DNA of 24,000 nt from Gemella sp. 27098_8_92 (GTDB taxonomy: Bacteria > Bacillota > Bacilli > Staphylococcales > Gemellaceae), in NCBI RefSeq assembly GCF_041433685.1, contig NZ_JAPWBZ010000004.1, positions 145,280 through 169,279 on the forward strand, read 5' to 3'. The notes below the pieces were generated by a model that worked only from the letters and a program-made list of their open reading frames with translations, did not search any database and was not told the DNA's origin. Shown here piece by piece: positions 23,459 to 24,000 of this stretch. Every line of letters begins with the position of its first letter. Within the stretch, counting starts at the first letter, position 1. A program made the translations under genes and the position numbers.

Positions 23459-24000
23459 TTATAATAAATCTTTATTCAAGACAACCTCTACAGGACAGTG
23501 ATCACTTCCTAGTATGTCGTTATGAATTTTTGCGCTCACTAGATATTTTTCTAAATCTCGACTTGTTAAAAAGTAGTCTATTCTCCATCCTGCGTTGTTT
23601 TTACGAGCGTTGAAACGATAACTCCACCAAGAATATGCACCTGTTAATTCTGGGTTAAAATATCTGAATGTGTCGATAAAACCTGCGTCAAGTAGTTTTG
23701 TGAATTTTTCTCGTTCTTCTGGTGTGAATCCAGCATTTTTCGTATTTGATTTTGGGTTTTTTAAATCTATTTCTGTGTGTGCTACGTTTAAATCTCCACA
23801 AACAACAACACCTTTTGTTTTGTTTAATTCTAGTAAATAGTTTTTAAAATCTTCTTCCCACGTCATACGATAATCTAATCTTTTTAATTCACTTCCTGAG
23901 TTCGGTGTGTAGACTGTAATAAAGAAGAATTTATCGTACTCTAATGTTATTATGCGACCTTCTGTATCATGCTCATCTATCCCCATACCGTAATTTACAT
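23459..24000 (-). CDS. exoA: Exodeoxyribonuclease III (ExoA/Xth AP endonuclease); N-terminus lies outside the window
   Basis: Conserved blocks: VYTPNSG, VVCGDLNVAH, DL.NP..N...AGFT.EER, WWSYR, GWRIDYF and SDHCPV. The frame stays open upstream of the tracked Met to nt 24000. Confidence 0.9.
   Translation of the reverse strand, partial: VNYGMGIDEHDTEGRIITLEYDKFFFITVYTPNSGSELKRLDYRMTWEEDFKNYLLELNKTKGVVVCGDLNVAHTEIDLKNPKSNTKNAGFTPEEREKFTKLLDAGFIDTFRYFNPELTGAYSWWSYRFNARKNNAGWRIDYFLTSRDLEKYLVSAKIHNDILGSDHCPVEVVLNKDLL

Noticed and set aside
1-24000. CRISPR arrays, rRNA/tRNA genes and long tandem repeats
   Set aside because: I scanned both strands by eye. I found no regularly spaced direct repeats, no tRNA arm signatures and no rRNA-like conserved blocks.

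Overview
This is a visibly AT-rich chromosomal segment of the low-GC Firmicutes (Bacilli) type; I cannot name the species from sequence alone. About 27 genes look real, most on the minus strand.

**Export and antimicrobial-sensing modules**
- A CydDC-like pair of fused ABC exporters (1-2965, first gene cut by the window edge).
- A TetR-regulated ABC-2 exporter operon (3004-5472), with a near-consensus promoter and two copies of a GTGAGT-N4-ACTCAC operator.
- A TipA/Mta-like MerR regulator (13644-14390) with a 19-bp-spacer promoter.
- A complete BceRS-BceAB-type peptide-antibiotic sensing and detoxification module (16020-20613), with a TTACA-N4-TGTAA response-regulator box upstream of the ATPase gene.

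**Housekeeping and small enzymes**
- tmcAL, exoA (cut by the window edge) and three GNAT-type acetyltransferases.

**Accessory or unexplained content**
- A DUF1659 - DUF2922 - YvrJ - CHAP/SH3b endolysin cassette (6621-8073) with no phage context. The YvrJ gene is absent from the supplied ORF track.
- Two paralogous membrane-anchored low-complexity proteins (5854-6375, 10915-11433) that bracket this cassette.
- A decayed patch at 12.0-13.7 kb: a yjdF-family gene with a possible riboswitch leader, a truncated ABC-2 permease, and an IS200/IS605 remnant that is also absent from the ORF track.
- An insulated two-gene unit of unknown function (14568-15809).
- A recurring GTTTCA-YR-TGAAAC palindrome.
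- A G+C-rich, apparently non-coding island (8141-8290).

I saw no rRNA, tRNA, CRISPR array or intact prophage. All family assignments come from reading motifs by eye; no database search was run.
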